Positions 8,611-16,968 of a stretch of DNA of 64,000 nucleotides are shown here, in pieces (position 1 is the stretch's first letter; each line of letters starts with the position of its first letter). Below the pieces are notes generated by a model that worked only from the letters and a program-made list of their open reading frames with translations, was not told the origin of the DNA and searched no databases. The stretch spans positions 96,001 to 160,000 of the forward strand of contig CBDCLE010000019.1 of assembly GCA_965218585.1 (NCBI GenBank), given 5' to 3'. The DNA is from Terriglobia bacterium (GTDB lineage: Bacteria > Acidobacteriota > Terriglobia > 20CM-2-55-15). The translations under genes were made by a program, and so were the position numbers.

Positions 8611-11600
8611 CTAGTCTCCACCCAAAGTCTCAAGCTCTCGGAGGAATTCCCTTGCAGACCTCGGACGTTCCATACTTTTCGCCGCGAAGCACCACTCGAA
8701 AAAGGATTGCTGCCGGATTGGCGTGAACCGCCCCCCTGCCAAGTCATCGCGCCACTCCCTGGAGGGAATAACGGCGAAGGGCCGAGCGCCCGTCAGTACT
8801 TCGTAAGCGATGACACTGAGCGCCCATACATCCCAAGCGATATCGGGACTCTCTCCCGCCACCTGTTCCGGTGAGGCATAGGCTGGAGTGCCCACGAAAC
8901 GGCCCGCCACCATGCCGAGGGTAGAAACCGTCGCTTCGGGATCTTGCCGGGGAGGCATCAACCTGGCGACTCCAAAATCCAGAACCTTCACGGTTCGGTG
9001 CGATTCTGTATCGTCGTCCGTTAGGAAGATATTTTCGGGTTTCAGATCTCTATGGACGAGTCTGATTCGGTGCGCGGCGTCGACTGCGGCACATACGTCT
9101 CGGAGGATCTCGATCGTCTGGAAGGGTGTGAGGCGCTGTCGGCGGTTCAGCTCTTCTTTCAACGTCACACCAGCCAGAAGCTCCATGACCAAGAAACCAC
9201 CGACGCCCGCTTCAACACCATAGTCGTGCACAGTCACGACATTGGGATGAGCGAAACCGGCAGCGGCCCGGGCTTCACTGCGGAAGCGCTCTTCGGCTTC
9301 GGCACTTCCCACCCAATCTTCACGAATGACTTTTACGGCAACACGCCGGTCCAGAGCCTTGTCTTTCGCCTCGTACACCTTCCCCATGCCGCCGCTGCCT
9401 CTTCGACAGTCCAACCGATATCGACCCACCAGAGTCCGGGGAAATCGAAGCAGTTTCAGATTGCTGTCATCGTGAGGGCACGTTCCATCCGCCGAGTCAT
9501 AGCACACGCCACACTCCGGGCACTCACCGAAACCCTCCGCCGGAGCTCTTTCGATCAACGAGGATTGATCGACCAGCAAAGCAAGACCTGCAGCAATCGT
9601 TTCCAACAATTCCTGGTCCTCGCGCGTATAAGGTTCTTCGGACCGTTTGACACCCAAAACCAACAGCGCTTCCGTCTGGCCCGGCGTGGTAGCGATTGGG
9701 ACCAGGAGATCGATGCCAGCCCTTTGGATAAATTCGACCTCTTTGCCGGGTAGCTGTCCCTCGAGCCAGTGCGTGTCGGCCGCCAGAACTTCGAGCGGCT
9801 GATCCAACAGTCGGGCCAGGCCCACCAGCTTGCTGTCTGCGGAAAGAGGCGGAGGCGCCAATCCGGATGGAAGCGACGCGAGAGAACTATAATCGGGTTC
9901 TTCCGCCGCTCGGACCATCACCGAAACAAACTCGGGATGCAGGGAGGTTTCAATCTGCGCCAAAGTCCGGGGGAGAACGCGCTCGATCGTGCCGGCCTCG
10001 CGGATCTCTCTGACGACCTGGCGGAGCACCTGTTGTGCATCATATTGTTCCCGGAAGAAACGCCGGTCCAGCGTCTTGAGCCAGCTCTTCCGCCGCCAAT
10101 GAGCCGCAAAGACCAATCCGCTTAACCCGGCGTAGGCCCAGCCTCGATTCTGTAAGATGCCGGCGAGCGATTGCTGACTGTTCGCCAGCATGTCTATCAC
10201 CAGAATGCCAGCCAGAATCGGCACCAAAGCCAGGATCACGCCACGCGCCAGCGCGTACTGCAACCCTTGCCGGATAATGACGGAGATGTCGAGGATGCGA
10301 TGTCGGACGATCGCATAGCCCAGAGCTATCTGAAGGGCCACGTCGGCCGGAACGACGAGCGCCTGAAATAAAAGACCTCCTTCAGCCAATCCGAAACCCC
10401 AGACGTTCGCGGACCAGAAACGCCCAAAGGCCCCCGCAAGGCTGATCGCCGCCCCCAACATCAACACGCGGACGCGGCGCCTCAAGTTCACGTCTGTCAG
10501 GCGGTAATAGCCGATGACGAGGATCGCAAAGCCGGCAACCAAGTACAACGGCGTACGCAGAAATGCAGCTTGGGAAACCCACTCTGGAGTGGAGGGGGAC
10601 GACTCGAACATCCGGATCGTCGCATTGAAATCGAAGACCCGCCAGGGGAGCGTCGCGAGAACCGGGAGCCAGATCACAATCCACGGCCAGCGGGAACGAA
10701 ACAGTCGCTTCGGAAAGACAACGAAGAAGGACAGAAAGATACCCTCGACGAGGAACCGGCTGAGGGTCGGAATCCACAGCAAGACTTCAAAAACGCCGGG
10801 AATCTGCCGCCAAGCCTGGGCCCAACCGTTAGGCAAACCGTAAACGATAGACACGGTCAGGATCAACCAGGCGCCGAGCCTCGCCGTCGGATCTCTGGGC
10901 CGGAGAAAAATGATCAGAATGCCGAGGACAAGGCCACTGAGAACGCGAGCGACATATTGAAGATACCCGTTCGCCAGACGGTTCTCCCACGTGGCTTCCC
11001 GGGGCGTGAACTGGATCTGGAGTCGCTGGCCCCCTCTCAGAATTTCCCAGGTTTGCGTTCGGCCGACTTCATGGTTCGCGTTCACGGCGGCCCAGTCGCT
11101 CGTCCCACCAACTGTTCGGTCGTCCACAGACAGGACTCGATCTCCAGGGCGCAATCCGGCTTGGAAGAGCAAGGCGTCAGAGGCAACCCCCTCGACCCTC
11201 ATCACACCGTCGTCGAAGTTAGCTTCCAGTCCTTCCAGATCGGATGGCCCCCAGACGATCAGATACGTCGCAAGCATCTGTATCGCCAAGATGGATGCGA
11301 CGAACACATACATCCACCATGGCAAGAGGGGGAGGTTTCTCCTCAGGGTAGCCGTAGCGGTGGAATAGCGCCGCCTCGATCGTCGCGGCAATGGGCGTAC
11401 GAAATCCGCCGGCGTCTTGGTCTCGTCGAGGCTGGCTGCGATAGCGGCAATCTGGATCCCCAGGACGCCCATGTCGGCGGGTCGGTTCTCCGGATCCTTC
11501 TCTAAGCATCGCCTCAATACTCCATGGATTCTCGGATCGAGACCATCGGGTAAGGCCTCCCACCGTGGCTCTCGGCCCAGAACATCCCGAAGGATGTCTG

Positions 11601-12516
11601 CCGCCCCCTCCCCTTGAAACGCCGGAGTTCCAACCAACATCTCATAAAGGATGGAACCAAACGACCAGACGTCCGTCCGCTCGTCCACGGTTTGCCCACG
11701 CGCCTGCTCCGGGCTCATATAGCGCGGTGTTCCCAGAACGATTCCGGCTTCTGTGCCGGCCCAGGTAATCGTTAGTCCATCCGAAGGATCCGAACCACCG
11801 CCGGTCGTCACGGCCTTCGCGAGCCCGAAGTCGAGAACATTCACCATGCCGTCGGGCGTGATCTTGATATTGGCCGGCTTGAGGTCCCGATGCAGGATGC
11901 CTTTTGCATGCGCCGTCTCCAGTGCGTCGGCGATCTGAGCGGTGATCGCGAGAGCTTCGCTCACGGGTAGCGCGCCCCTTGAGAGACGTTCCTTTAGTGT
12001 TTCGCCCGGCACCAACTCAAGGACCAAGGCTCGGTTTCCATCGAACTCTTCGATACTGTAGATGGACGCGATGTTCGGGTGGTTCAGCGAGGCGAGCAGC
12101 CGGGCCTCCCGACGGAATCTCTGCGCTTGGTCGGAATCGGCAGCGAAGAATCGGGGCAGGATCTTGATTGCCACTTCTCGATCGAGATCGGTGTCCCGGG
12201 CGCGAAACACTTCGCCCATACCGCCTTTCCCGATCAGCGCGAGTATCTCATGCCGCCCAATCCGCGTTCCAACTGCGACCGGCGATTCATTTCGTTTCGG
12301 AGAAAACGCCTGAGCGTTGCGGGGAGGGCCGGTCTCAGTTGAATCTAACGCGTCAGTCACTTCGGCATGACGGAGTACGGATTCGACCTGCTTTCTGAGC
12401 TTGTCATCGCCCGCACATGCTTCCTCGAGGAAACGTGCGCGCTCAGAGGGCTGTTTCTCCAGGGCAGCGTTGAACAGCGACTCGATTTGCTCGAACCGAG
12501 TGTCGGTCACTCTCAT
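8611..12516 (-). CDS. Polytopic membrane Ser/Thr protein kinase with two kinase domains (kinase-TM-PDZ-multiTM-GAF-Zn ribbon-kinase)
   Basis: Two complete motif sets (GKGGMG/VAIK/HRDLKPAN/DFG/SPE and GSGGMG/VAVK/HRDLKPEN/DFG/SPE); PDZ-like AGLRPGDRVLSVDD; about 10 hydrophobic helices; CPECG..CPHD. Confidence 0.9.
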   Translation of the reverse strand: MRVTDTRFEQIESLFNAALEKQPSERARFLEEACAGDDKLRKQVESVLRHAEVTDALDSTETGPPRNAQAFSPKRNESPVAVGTRIGRHEILALIGKGGMGEVFRARDTDLDREVAIKILPRFFAADSDQAQRFRREARLLASLNHPNIASIYSIEEFDGNRALVLELVPGETLKERLSRGALPVSEALAITAQIADALETAHAKGILHRDLKPANIKITPDGMVNVLDFGLAKAVTTGGGSDPSDGLTITWAGTEAGIVLGTPRYMSPEQARGQTVDERTDVWSFGSILYEMLVGTPAFQGEGAADILRDVLGREPRWEALPDGLDPRIHGVLRRCLEKDPENRPADMGVLGIQIAAIAASLDETKTPADFVRPLPRRSRRRYSTATATLRRNLPLLPWWMYVFVASILAIQMLATYLIVWGPSDLEGLEANFDDGVMRVEGVASDALLFQAGLRPGDRVLSVDDRTVGGTSDWAAVNANHEVGRTQTWEILRGGQRLQIQFTPREATWENRLANGYLQYVARVLSGLVLGILIIFLRPRDPTARLGAWLILTVSIVYGLPNGWAQAWRQIPGVFEVLLWIPTLSRFLVEGIFLSFFVVFPKRLFRSRWPWIVIWLPVLATLPWRVFDFNATIRMFESSPSTPEWVSQAAFLRTPLYLVAGFAILVIGYYRLTDVNLRRRVRVLMLGAAISLAGAFGRFWSANVWGFGLAEGGLLFQALVVPADVALQIALGYAIVRHRILDISVIIRQGLQYALARGVILALVPILAGILVIDMLANSQQSLAGILQNRGWAYAGLSGLVFAAHWRRKSWLKTLDRRFFREQYDAQQVLRQVVREIREAGTIERVLPRTLAQIETSLHPEFVSVMVRAAEEPDYSSLASLPSGLAPPPLSADSKLVGLARLLDQPLEVLAADTHWLEGQLPGKEVEFIQRAGIDLLVPIATTPGQTEALLVLGVKRSEEPYTREDQELLETIAAGLALLVDQSSLIERAPAEGFGECPECGVCYDSADGTCPHDDSNLKLLRFPRTLVGRYRLDCRRGSGGMGKVYEAKDKALDRRVAVKVIREDWVGSAEAEERFRSEARAAAGFAHPNVVTVHDYGVEAGVGGFLVMELLAGVTLKEELNRRQRLTPFQTIEILRDVCAAVDAAHRIRLVHRDLKPENIFLTDDDTESHRTVKVLDFGVARLMPPRQDPEATVSTLGMVAGRFVGTPAYASPEQVAGESPDIAWDVWALSVIAYEVLTGARPFAVIPSREWRDDLAGGRFTPIRQQSFFEWCFAAKSMERPRSAREFLRELETLGGD

Positions 12517-12948
12517 CTCCAATCCCACTGAGATCCGGCGCGGACAGCACCGGATCACTCATGGGGAACCTGGTCTCCTTTTGGTCGACCAGGTTTGTCC
12601 GACCCATGGCAGTCCTCCGACGGATTTCACTGAGAGATGTTGAACAGACTACACCGCAGGCGGGCACAAACACTAGCAGTCCCTGGGTAGTGGTCTAGTT
12701 TCCATTTCAAAGGGCATCAGTACAGCTACTTTCGTTCCAAACTAGACCAGTACCAGTCCCTGGTATCTGTTGACGCAGATGGAAGACCCAACCGCGGGAC
12801 TCAGGACGAAACTTCAGTTGGGCGCGGAATCTTGGCAAAGCCCCGAGCCTTCACTCGTGCCCTGTAGAACGAATCAAAAGATGTTCGATAATATAGTTAC
12901 TTTCGCGCGTCCCCGAAAATCGTTCGGCGAACGAAGAGAAAGAAAGCC

Positions 12949-15153
12949 ATGAAACTTGTTCCCAGACCATACCCGTTCGTGAGAACTGTTTTGGTGTTGC
13001 TACTGGGGTTGGCAGCAGCTTGGGAATTAGCGGCACAGGACCCAGACGGAGCCTTGCGCGCGAGGGCCGCCCCTGCAGTCTCCCCGATAGTACTTGACGG
13101 TGTTCTCTCCGAATCGGACTGGCGGTCGGCGATTCCAATTGGAGAACTTCAGCAACGGGAACCTCTTGAAGGAGTCCCCCCAACCGAAAACACGGAGGTC
13201 CGCGTGCTGTATGACGCGAACACTCTTTATATCGGCGTCATTTGCGGAGACTCCGACCCGGAAGGAATCATCGCTACGCAGATGTCCCGCGACGCCGACC
13301 TCTCGGTGGATGACCGCATCGAGATCCTTCTGGACACCTTCCAGGACCGACGCAACGCATTCTATTTTGCGACTAACCCAGCGGGCGCGCTCGTTGACGG
13401 CCTGATCATTGAAAACGGTGAACTCAACAGCGACTGGGATGCAATCTGGGACGTTCGCACCGCACAGAACGGAGATGGATGGACCGCCGAATTCGCCATT
13501 CCGTTTAAGAGCTTGAGTTTTGCTCCGACGCTTGATTCCTGGGGCTTCAACGTATCCCGCTCGATCAGCCGGAAAATCGAAGAGGACCGCTGGGCCGGAG
13601 CACGTCTCGACGTCGAGTTTGTTCAGGTCTCCGAAGCGGGTGACATCGAAGGCTTGACCGGAATCGAACAAGGGCGCGGCCTCGACGTTCGACCCTTTGT
13701 CTCGGGACGATGGATCAATTCTCCGCGGAACCAGAACGATCTGACCGATGGTGACGTGGGTGGGGACATTTTCTACAACATCACGCCCGGCCTTCGCTTG
13801 ACGGCCACGATCAACACGGACTTCGCCGAAACCGAGGTCGACGATCGCCAGATCAACCTGGACCGGTTTGCTCTCTTCTTTCCGGAAAAACGGTCCTTTT
13901 TTTTGGAAAACGCAGGCGTGTTCGATTTTGGCGTCAGTGGGGGATTCGGCCCAACGCTGCTTCCCTTCTTCAGCCGAAAGATAGGGCTACTGGAAGGGCA
14001 GGAAGTTCCAATTCTGGGTGGCGCTAAACTGGCCGGCAAGGTGGGTCGCTTTGATGTCGGCGTCTTGAACGTGGGAACCCGGGAAACCGACTTCGCCCAG
14101 GAGAAAAACTTCTTCGTTTCTCGCATCAAGCGGAACATATGGAACCAGAGTTACTTCGGCATGATCTACACTGACGGAAATCCAGCAGGGTCGTCTTCGG
14201 CGCGAACGTTCGGGGCGGACATACTCCTCGGCACGTCGAACTTCCTGGGCACCCAGAGCAACTTCAACGTCCAGGCTTTTGCGATGGGCGTCAGCAACGA
14301 AGGAGTTTCCGGCGAATCCGGCGCCTACCGACTTGCCGTCGCATACCCCAATGACCTTTGGGAAATTGAAGCCGGATGGCTCCGGACCGAGCGGAACTTT
14401 CAGCCGGCACTCGGTTTCGTCGCGCGCGCGGACACTACGCGTTTGGATTTTTCAGTGAATTTCGCGCCCCGTCCTACGGATTTTCTTGGACTGCGCCAGA
14501 TGCTGCACCAGCTCGACCTTACACACTACAGGCGGATCGACACCGGACAGGTTGAAAGTTGGTCGCTTTTTACAGTGCCACTCAATTGGACATGGAACTC
14601 CGGCGACCGATTCGAATTGAGCTGGTGGGGACTCTTCGAACGGCTCTTCGAGCCGTTCGAGATCTCGGACGGTGTGGTATTACAGTCGGGCGATTACAGA
14701 TGGAATCGTTACCGGGTGGAGTTCTTCACGTCGAACAACCGTCCGTGGAAGCTGGACACAACCTGGTGGTTCGGCACATTCTGGTCGGGCCGTGCCCACG
14801 AGCTGTCGGGTCAGTTTCAATACAAACTGGCTCCTAACCTGGATGCGGCCGCAAGCTACAACTTAACGTTCGCCCGTCTCCCCGAGGGCAACTTTGCCGC
14901 ACGGATCCTCACCCTGCGCGCTGATTATTCCCTCAGTCCGTTTTTGACCTTCTTCAACCTGGTGCAATTCGACAACGATTCACACAACCTGGGGTGGCAA
15001 AGCCGCGTCCGGTGGATCCTCGAGCCGGGGCGCGACCTGTTTTTCGTTTTCAATCAGGGATGGATTCAAGAACAGCAGCCAGACGGGAGGACACGTTTTC
15101 GCAAAACAGATACGGGGGTTACTGCAAAGCTTCAATACACGTTTCGCTTCTGA
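12949..15153 (+). CDS. CBM9-like sugar-binding domain plus DUF5916 outer-membrane protein
   Basis: Signal peptide; LDGVLSESDW, WTAEFAIPFKSL, NTDFAETEVD, FFPEKRSFFLE; C-terminal YTFRF typical of beta-barrels. Confidence 0.8.
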   Translation: MKLVPRPYPFVRTVLVLLLGLAAAWELAAQDPDGALRARAAPAVSPIVLDGVLSESDWRSAIPIGELQQREPLEGVPPTENTEVRVLYDANTLYIGVICGDSDPEGIIATQMSRDADLSVDDRIEILLDTFQDRRNAFYFATNPAGALVDGLIIENGELNSDWDAIWDVRTAQNGDGWTAEFAIPFKSLSFAPTLDSWGFNVSRSISRKIEEDRWAGARLDVEFVQVSEAGDIEGLTGIEQGRGLDVRPFVSGRWINSPRNQNDLTDGDVGGDIFYNITPGLRLTATINTDFAETEVDDRQINLDRFALFFPEKRSFFLENAGVFDFGVSGGFGPTLLPFFSRKIGLLEGQEVPILGGAKLAGKVGRFDVGVLNVGTRETDFAQEKNFFVSRIKRNIWNQSYFGMIYTDGNPAGSSSARTFGADILLGTSNFLGTQSNFNVQAFAMGVSNEGVSGESGAYRLAVAYPNDLWEIEAGWLRTERNFQPALGFVARADTTRLDFSVNFAPRPTDFLGLRQMLHQLDLTHYRRIDTGQVESWSLFTVPLNWTWNSGDRFELSWWGLFERLFEPFEISDGVVLQSGDYRWNRYRVEFFTSNNRPWKLDTTWWFGTFWSGRAHELSGQFQYKLAPNLDAAASYNLTFARLPEGNFAARILTLRADYSLSPFLTFFNLVQFDNDSHNLGWQSRVRWILEPGRDLFFVFNQGWIQEQQPDGRTRFRKTDTGVTAKLQYTFRF

Positions 15154-15244
15154 CCCGATTCTGGTTTCGGATACATACAGAGCCTCTCATTGCTCACTGT
15201 GACCCGACAACAATGGCCGGATATATCCAGTTGCGCACTGAATC

Positions 15245-15631
15245 CTATAGGAGCGAGTCGTCGATCGGATTGGAAGCGGGAACGCTTCGGCGCTGAGGCT
15301 CTTCGGGTGGGGAGCCCTTCTTCGGATCCACATATCGGCTCAACCGCGTTCTGGAACCACCAAAGAAACTCTCGATGAGCTCGCTCACCGCCTGGGCTCT
15401 TGCCTGGTTTTCCGTAAAACTGGGTTCGTAGACGTGCGCGCGCGATTTCTTCGTGCGCCCGAGGGCTCCCTTCTTGAACAGGCGATCCATTACTGTCATG
15501 ACGGTGGTGTAGGCCAGTTTACGTTCCGGGAGCAGATCCGCCTGTACTTCGCGCACAAGTGCGGAACCACGACGCCATAGAGATTTCATGATCGCGAGTT
15601 CCAGCGGAGTCAGGTTGGTAGGGTCGCTCAA
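15245..15631 (-). CDS. BlaI/MecI/CopY family transcriptional regulator
   Basis: LTPLELAIMKSLW...LAYTTVMTVMDRLFKKG...AHVY...FFGGS. Confidence 0.9.
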   Translation of the reverse strand: MSDPTNLTPLELAIMKSLWRRGSALVREVQADLLPERKLAYTTVMTVMDRLFKKGALGRTKKSRAHVYEPSFTENQARAQAVSELIESFFGGSRTRLSRYVDPKKGSPPEEPQRRSVPASNPIDDSLL

Positions 15632-15897
15632 GGATCAAACTCTCTCTTACGATCTTCAAGAACTTCGATGAGTTCTCGCGCTTCAGCTTTTCCCGGTGAA
15701 CGAACCGGAATCGACCGGATACGAAACTTCAGAATCCGATGTGGTAGGAGAACCGACACCACATCATCGATGTGTAAGTCCCGGCCCGCCCGCGCAACGT
15801 GGTCATTGACCCGAACGTGTCCTGCGTCGCAGGTTGCTTTGGCCATAGAACGCCGTGGTATCACACGGCACCACTTGAGAAATTGATCGAGGCGCAA
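15628..15897 (-). CDS. S4 RNA-binding domain protein (HslR/RqcP-like)
   Basis: MRLDQFLK...RRSMAKATCDAGHVRVND; 4-bp overlap with the downstream gene. Confidence 0.85.
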   Translation of the reverse strand: MRLDQFLKWCRVIPRRSMAKATCDAGHVRVNDHVARAGRDLHIDDVVSVLLPHRILKFRIRSIPVRSPGKAEARELIEVLEDRKREFDP

Positions 15898-15924
15898 AAA
15901 GAATACCGGAAGGAACGCGATCCG

Positions 15925-16914
15925 CTAGGGGAGCGAACCCGTATCGACGTATCCATCCCGAACCGACACGAAACCGGTCTTTCGGAGGTCGATCAAATAG
16001 TCCCGAACACCCGGCTCAAGGCGCTCGTTGAAGAGCACACCCTCTACCTCCTGCCGCGCCAGATCAAAGGGCAGTATTCCGCCATCGTGCTGATCCTGAA
16101 GTTTCAAGATGACGAGTTCACCTGCCAGTTCCCTCACGCCACTCACATCTCCGCGTCCGAGTTCGCCAATGATTTCCTCGTAATCCTCGCGGAGTGAGCC
16201 ACTGGGAAGATAACCCAAGTCTCCACCACTGGCGCCCGTCGGCGCTTCGGAAACTTCTGCCGCAACCACGCCGAAATCCTCTCCATCGCTTTCGATACGA
16301 CGGAGAGCTTCCTCAGCCCCGGTCCGGACTTCTTCGACCTGCTCAGTCGTCAAGTCGGTTGTTTCGAACACGATCTCCTGGACCCGGTTTCCTTCGGGTC
16401 GGTCAAAGTCGTTCAGGTGTTCATCGTAGTACGTCCGCATTTCTTCAGTCGTAATTACGATCCTGGAGTAGACCTCCTGCTGGATGACCTGTTGGGTTAC
16501 ATATTGCGTCCGAATAGTGTCCTTGAAGACTTCGACGTCAGTTCCCTGTCCGGCGATCGCAGCTTCGAGGTCCTCGAGCGTCTCAAAGTCGAATTCCTGC
16601 CGCATCTGCTCCATCGTACGGATCACCTCAAGATCGGTCCGAATCCCAAACTCTTCGCCTTTCTGCATCAACAAGCTGCGGTCAATCAGGTCTCGCAGCG
16701 CATCCTGTTCAGCTTGGGCGACGGCTTCGTCGAGTTGGTCGCTCTCGAGTTGTTGCCCCAATTCTTCGCGCATCAACAGGCTCTGACGCTGCAGATCCGA
16801 CAGCAGAATCACCTCGTTGTTGACCTGAACGATTACCCTGTCAATCGTTCGCTGTGCATGGCCAGTACCAGCCAACAGAAAAATTCCGATAACGGTTAGC
16901 GTTAAACGATTCAT
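15925..16914 (-). CDS. SurA-like parvulin peptidyl-prolyl isomerase / periplasmic chaperone
   Basis: Signal peptide; IDRVIVQVNNEVILLSDL N-domain; parvulin motif SEAPTGASGGDLG; lies directly after mfd. Confidence 0.85.
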   Translation of the reverse strand: MNRLTLTVIGIFLLAGTGHAQRTIDRVIVQVNNEVILLSDLQRQSLLMREELGQQLESDQLDEAVAQAEQDALRDLIDRSLLMQKGEEFGIRTDLEVIRTMEQMRQEFDFETLEDLEAAIAGQGTDVEVFKDTIRTQYVTQQVIQQEVYSRIVITTEEMRTYYDEHLNDFDRPEGNRVQEIVFETTDLTTEQVEEVRTGAEEALRRIESDGEDFGVVAAEVSEAPTGASGGDLGYLPSGSLREDYEEIIGELGRGDVSGVRELAGELVILKLQDQHDGGILPFDLARQEVEGVLFNERLEPGVRDYLIDLRKTGFVSVRDGYVDTGSLP

Positions 16915-16968
16915 CGAAGTCCTCGCCGAATGGGATGTGGGCAAATGTTCCGAAAGATCAAGGATATA

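Noticed and set aside
10570-11505. 311-aa plus-strand ORF and other long antisense ORFs (2292-3098, 17482-18948, 28288-29244, 61582-62481)
   Set aside because: All lie opposite well-supported genes and lack domain signatures.
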